Below, in pieces: positions 60,641 through 64,000 of a stretch of DNA of 64,000 nucleotides (position 1 is the stretch's first letter; each line of letters opens with the position of its first letter). The notes beneath the pieces are model-generated. The model made no database searches, was not told the DNA's origin, and was given only the letters and a program-made list of their open reading frames with translations. The translations under genes and the position numbers were made by a program. The DNA is taken from NCBI GenBank assembly GCA_964016885.1, contig OZ024743.1:77872001-77936000 (forward strand), read 5' to 3'. Source of the DNA: Eledone cirrhosa. Its lineage: Eukaryota.

Positions 60641-63600
60641 ATATACAATATATGAACAAATGGAAACTATATTTATAAAACCATATTTATTTTATTATAC
60701 ATATTTCAAGGGCCACCAAGGCAAATTATGGTGCGCTTTCATCAGATAAAATACAATACAGATTTGTTTTATAAATAAATATTGACATACCCTGAAAAAA
60801 GTCAACCTTAACGGCTGAAGCTTCCTGGATAGTGGAGATATTACATTTATTGAGGGTGATAGAAAATTATGATTGAGTATGCAAATGAGTATCCGAAAGG
60901 TTGAAAAGTTGACGGTTTATTTAAATTAAACTGTTGGGAGAAGGTGATATGTGAGGGAGAGAGAAAAAAGAAAGAAAGAAAGAAAAAAAAAGAAGGAGCG
61001 ATTATATATATTTTTGACAGTGAAAATAGTGTGAAGAGAAGAGCGTAATTATATTTTTAAGTGAGAGAAAATATTAGTTACAAAGGACAAATACAGCGTA
61101 AGTATATTTACGTGAGAGGAAAAAAGAAGAAATGAAGAAGAAATGAGAATAGTGTGGAGGAATAATATTTATAATGCAGGATTCGTTATGTTTTGATTAT
61201 AATATTTATAATGATAGGTGGAAAAAATTAGATTAAAGGTTTAATTTAATAATTTAATAATTAGTTTAAATGTCTATGTTAAGGATTATAAATTATTAAA
61301 AAATATATATTATTTTAGAGCAAATCTAGTATAGTTTATTTTATTAAAAGTTGTAAGTCAAAAATTTAAAATATACAAATAATTCTAAATTTATGAAAAA
61401 TTTTCTAGAGTTTACAAAAGAATAACCACTTAGTTATATTATAAAAACAGTAAAGGAGCGTAAAGGAAGTTATAAGTGATTTTTTAAGAACTCAGATGAC
61501 TCTAAGGATTAAATGCTATAAAGTTAAGAAGTTAAATTTTCTATCTTAAGAATGTAATTAGAACATGAACCTTATGTTATACAAAGTCATAAATTTACAT
61601 GCTATAAAGTTAGAACATTTAAAAAATTTTCTTAAGAATATATTTAAAGCATAAACCATAGGTTACTCCACATATATATAAAAAAAAACATGTTTTTCCT
61701 CATATATATAAACATTTGGATATATATATTAAAAACTTTGAAAATATAAGAATATAAAAATATAGTTTTTCTATATCTTTCAAAGGAATTTTGAAAAGAT
61801 TTTCTGAAACCCTTCAGTAAGTTTTTCAAGAAAAAATTTTTCTTAAAGGAGTTTCAAGCAGTCATATAAAGGAATTTAATAATCTATCGATAGGTGTAAC
61901 AATATATATGTGAAGTAGAGATAATAGAAAATAAATTAAGTATATGAATCATATATGGATATAGAAGACATTATGTAAAAAAGATAAGTCGTATATTATA
62001 TTTTATATATATATTTAAAAGTTGAATTTAAACGATGTTTGCAAGAACTGAATAAATTGTTCCTCAAATTAATAGAGTTCTTACTTTTTAGTATAAAGAT
62101 TATTTCTTCGACACAAAGGGAACAATTTTTGGATAAAGCAGTGTATGAAGGAGCTTTGGAGATAATATTCCAAAGTAAAGAATAGATAATGTTCTTTGTT
62201 TTCAGGTCCCATAGTAAGTTAGATAGAGAAGTTGAAGATTTTTTACCAATATTTGTAAAAGAACATTTATGGTTATTAAAACATTTGTGGTTTCTAAATA
62301 TATATATATATATATATAAAATGTAATATACGACTTATCTCTTTTACATAATGTCTTCTATATCCATATATGATTCATATACTTAATTTATTTTCTATTA
62401 TCTCTACTTCACATATATATTATTACACCTATCGATAGATTATTAAATTCCTTTATATGACTGCTTGAAACTCCTTTAAGAAAATTTTTTTCTTGAAAAA
62501 CTTACTGAAGGGTATCAGAAAATATTTTGAAAATTCATTTGAAAGATATAGGAAAACTATATTTTTATATTCTTATATTTTCAAAGTTTTTAATATATAT
62601 ATCCAAATGTTTATATATATGTGGAAAAACATATGGTTTTTTAATATATATGTAGAGTAACCTATGGTTTATGCTTTAAATATATTCTTAAGAAAATTTT
62701 TTAAATGTTCTAACTTTATAGCATGTAAATTTATGACTTTGTATAAAATAACATAAGGTTCATGTTCTAATTACATTCTTAAGATAGAAAATTTAACTTA
62801 ACTTTATAGCATTTAATCCTTAGAGTCATCTGAGTTCTTTAAAAAAAATCACTTATAACTTCCTTTACGTTCCTTTACTGTTCTTATAATATAACTAAGT
62901 GGTTATTCTTTTGTAAACTCTAGAAAATTTTCCATAAATTTAGAATTATTTGGATATTTTAAATTTTTGACTTACAACTTTTAATAAAATAAACTATACT
63001 AGATTTGCTCTAAAATAATATATATTTTTTAATAATTTATAATCCTTAACATACACATTTAAACTAATTATTAAATTATTAAATTAAACCTTTAATCTAA
63101 TTTTTTCCACCTAACATTATAAATATTATAATCAAAACATAACGAATCCTGCATTATAAATATCATTCCTCCACACTATTCTCATTTCTTCTTCATTTTT
63201 TCTTTTTTCCTCTCACGTAAATATACTTACGCTGTATTTGTCCTTTGTAACTAATATTTTCTCTCACTTAAAAATATAATTACGCTCTTCTCTTCACACT
63301 ATTTTCACTGTCAAAAATATATATAATCGCTCCTTTTTTTCTTTCTTTCTTTCTTTTTTCTTTCTCCCTCACATATCACCTTCTTCCAACATTTTAATTT
63401 AAATAAACCGTTATCTTTTCAACCTCTCAGACACTCATTTGCATACTCAATCATAATTTTCTATCACCCTCAATAAATGTAATATCTCCACTATCCAAGA
63501 AGCTCCAACCGTTAAGGTTGTCTTTTTTAAGGGTATGTCAATATTTATTTATAAAACAAATCTGTATTGTATTTTATCTAATGAAAGCGCACCATAATTT

Positions 63601-63682
63601 GCCTTGGTGGCCCTTGAAATATGTATAATAAAATAAATATGGTTTTATAAATATAGTTTCCATTTGTTCATATATTGTATAT
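60641..63682. repeat. Large AT-rich palindrome: ~1.37-kb inverted arms, ~290-bp spacer
   Basis: 60641-62014 is the reverse complement of ~62308-63682, with scattered substitutions and indels. Confidence 0.95.
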
Positions 63683-63689
63683 ATTGAAA

Positions 63690-64000
63690 ACCAGCAATTT
63701 CTATGGATTACCAAAATCCAGCAATTTCTATGGATTACCAAAAATTCACAAATCCATAGAAATCCAAAAGGGTAAAATACATCATACATGGAAGCCCCAA
63801 ACCGACAGACTTAAAATTACGCCCCATTATTGCTGGCCCAGCCTCAAGCACACAACGTCTTAGCAACCTATTAGACATCATACGCAAACCCCTATGTAAA
63901 AAAATTCCAAGCTACATCAGAGATGATATGGAATTCCTTAACTATATCCCCCAAAAAGTACACCAGGATACAATCCTAGTCAGTTTTGATGTAATAAGCC
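63690..64000 (+). mobile_element. 5' part of another PLE RT (frameshifted), runs off the window
   Basis: NFYGLPKIHKS...DLKLRPIIAGPASSTQRLSNLLDII..PSYIRDDMEFL..TILVSFDVIS, homologous to 16991-17165. A 27-bp tandem duplication sits at its 5' junction. Confidence 0.88.

Overview
This is eukaryotic, repeat-dense animal DNA. The SINE, LINE and microsatellite types suggest an octopus or other cephalopod, but that is inference. Bases 1-13020 are a 48-bp satellite (about 270 monomers, with 51-mer and about 63-mer higher-order blocks). It runs directly into, and derives from, the 3' UTR of an RTE-clade LINE. The rest is a patchwork of decayed RTE LINEs, two Tx1/L1-type elements, tRNA-derived SINEs, Helitron-like ends, minisatellites and at least six Penelope-like retroelement (PLE) copies or fragments. 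The only host gene I can support is the last three coding exons of an SLC22-family organic cation transporter (+ strand, 39793-42323). The most striking unannotated signal is about a dozen type I hammerhead ribozyme motifs readable by eye. Some lie in PLE terminal repeats, and many lie in short non-coding elements between (TA)n tracts, several with long extended stem II. There is also a 3-kb AT-rich palindrome (60641-63682) and an old segmental duplication whose TA tracts were filled independently. Most ORFs in the supplied track are repeat artefacts. All alignments and folds were done by eye, so boundaries are approximate.
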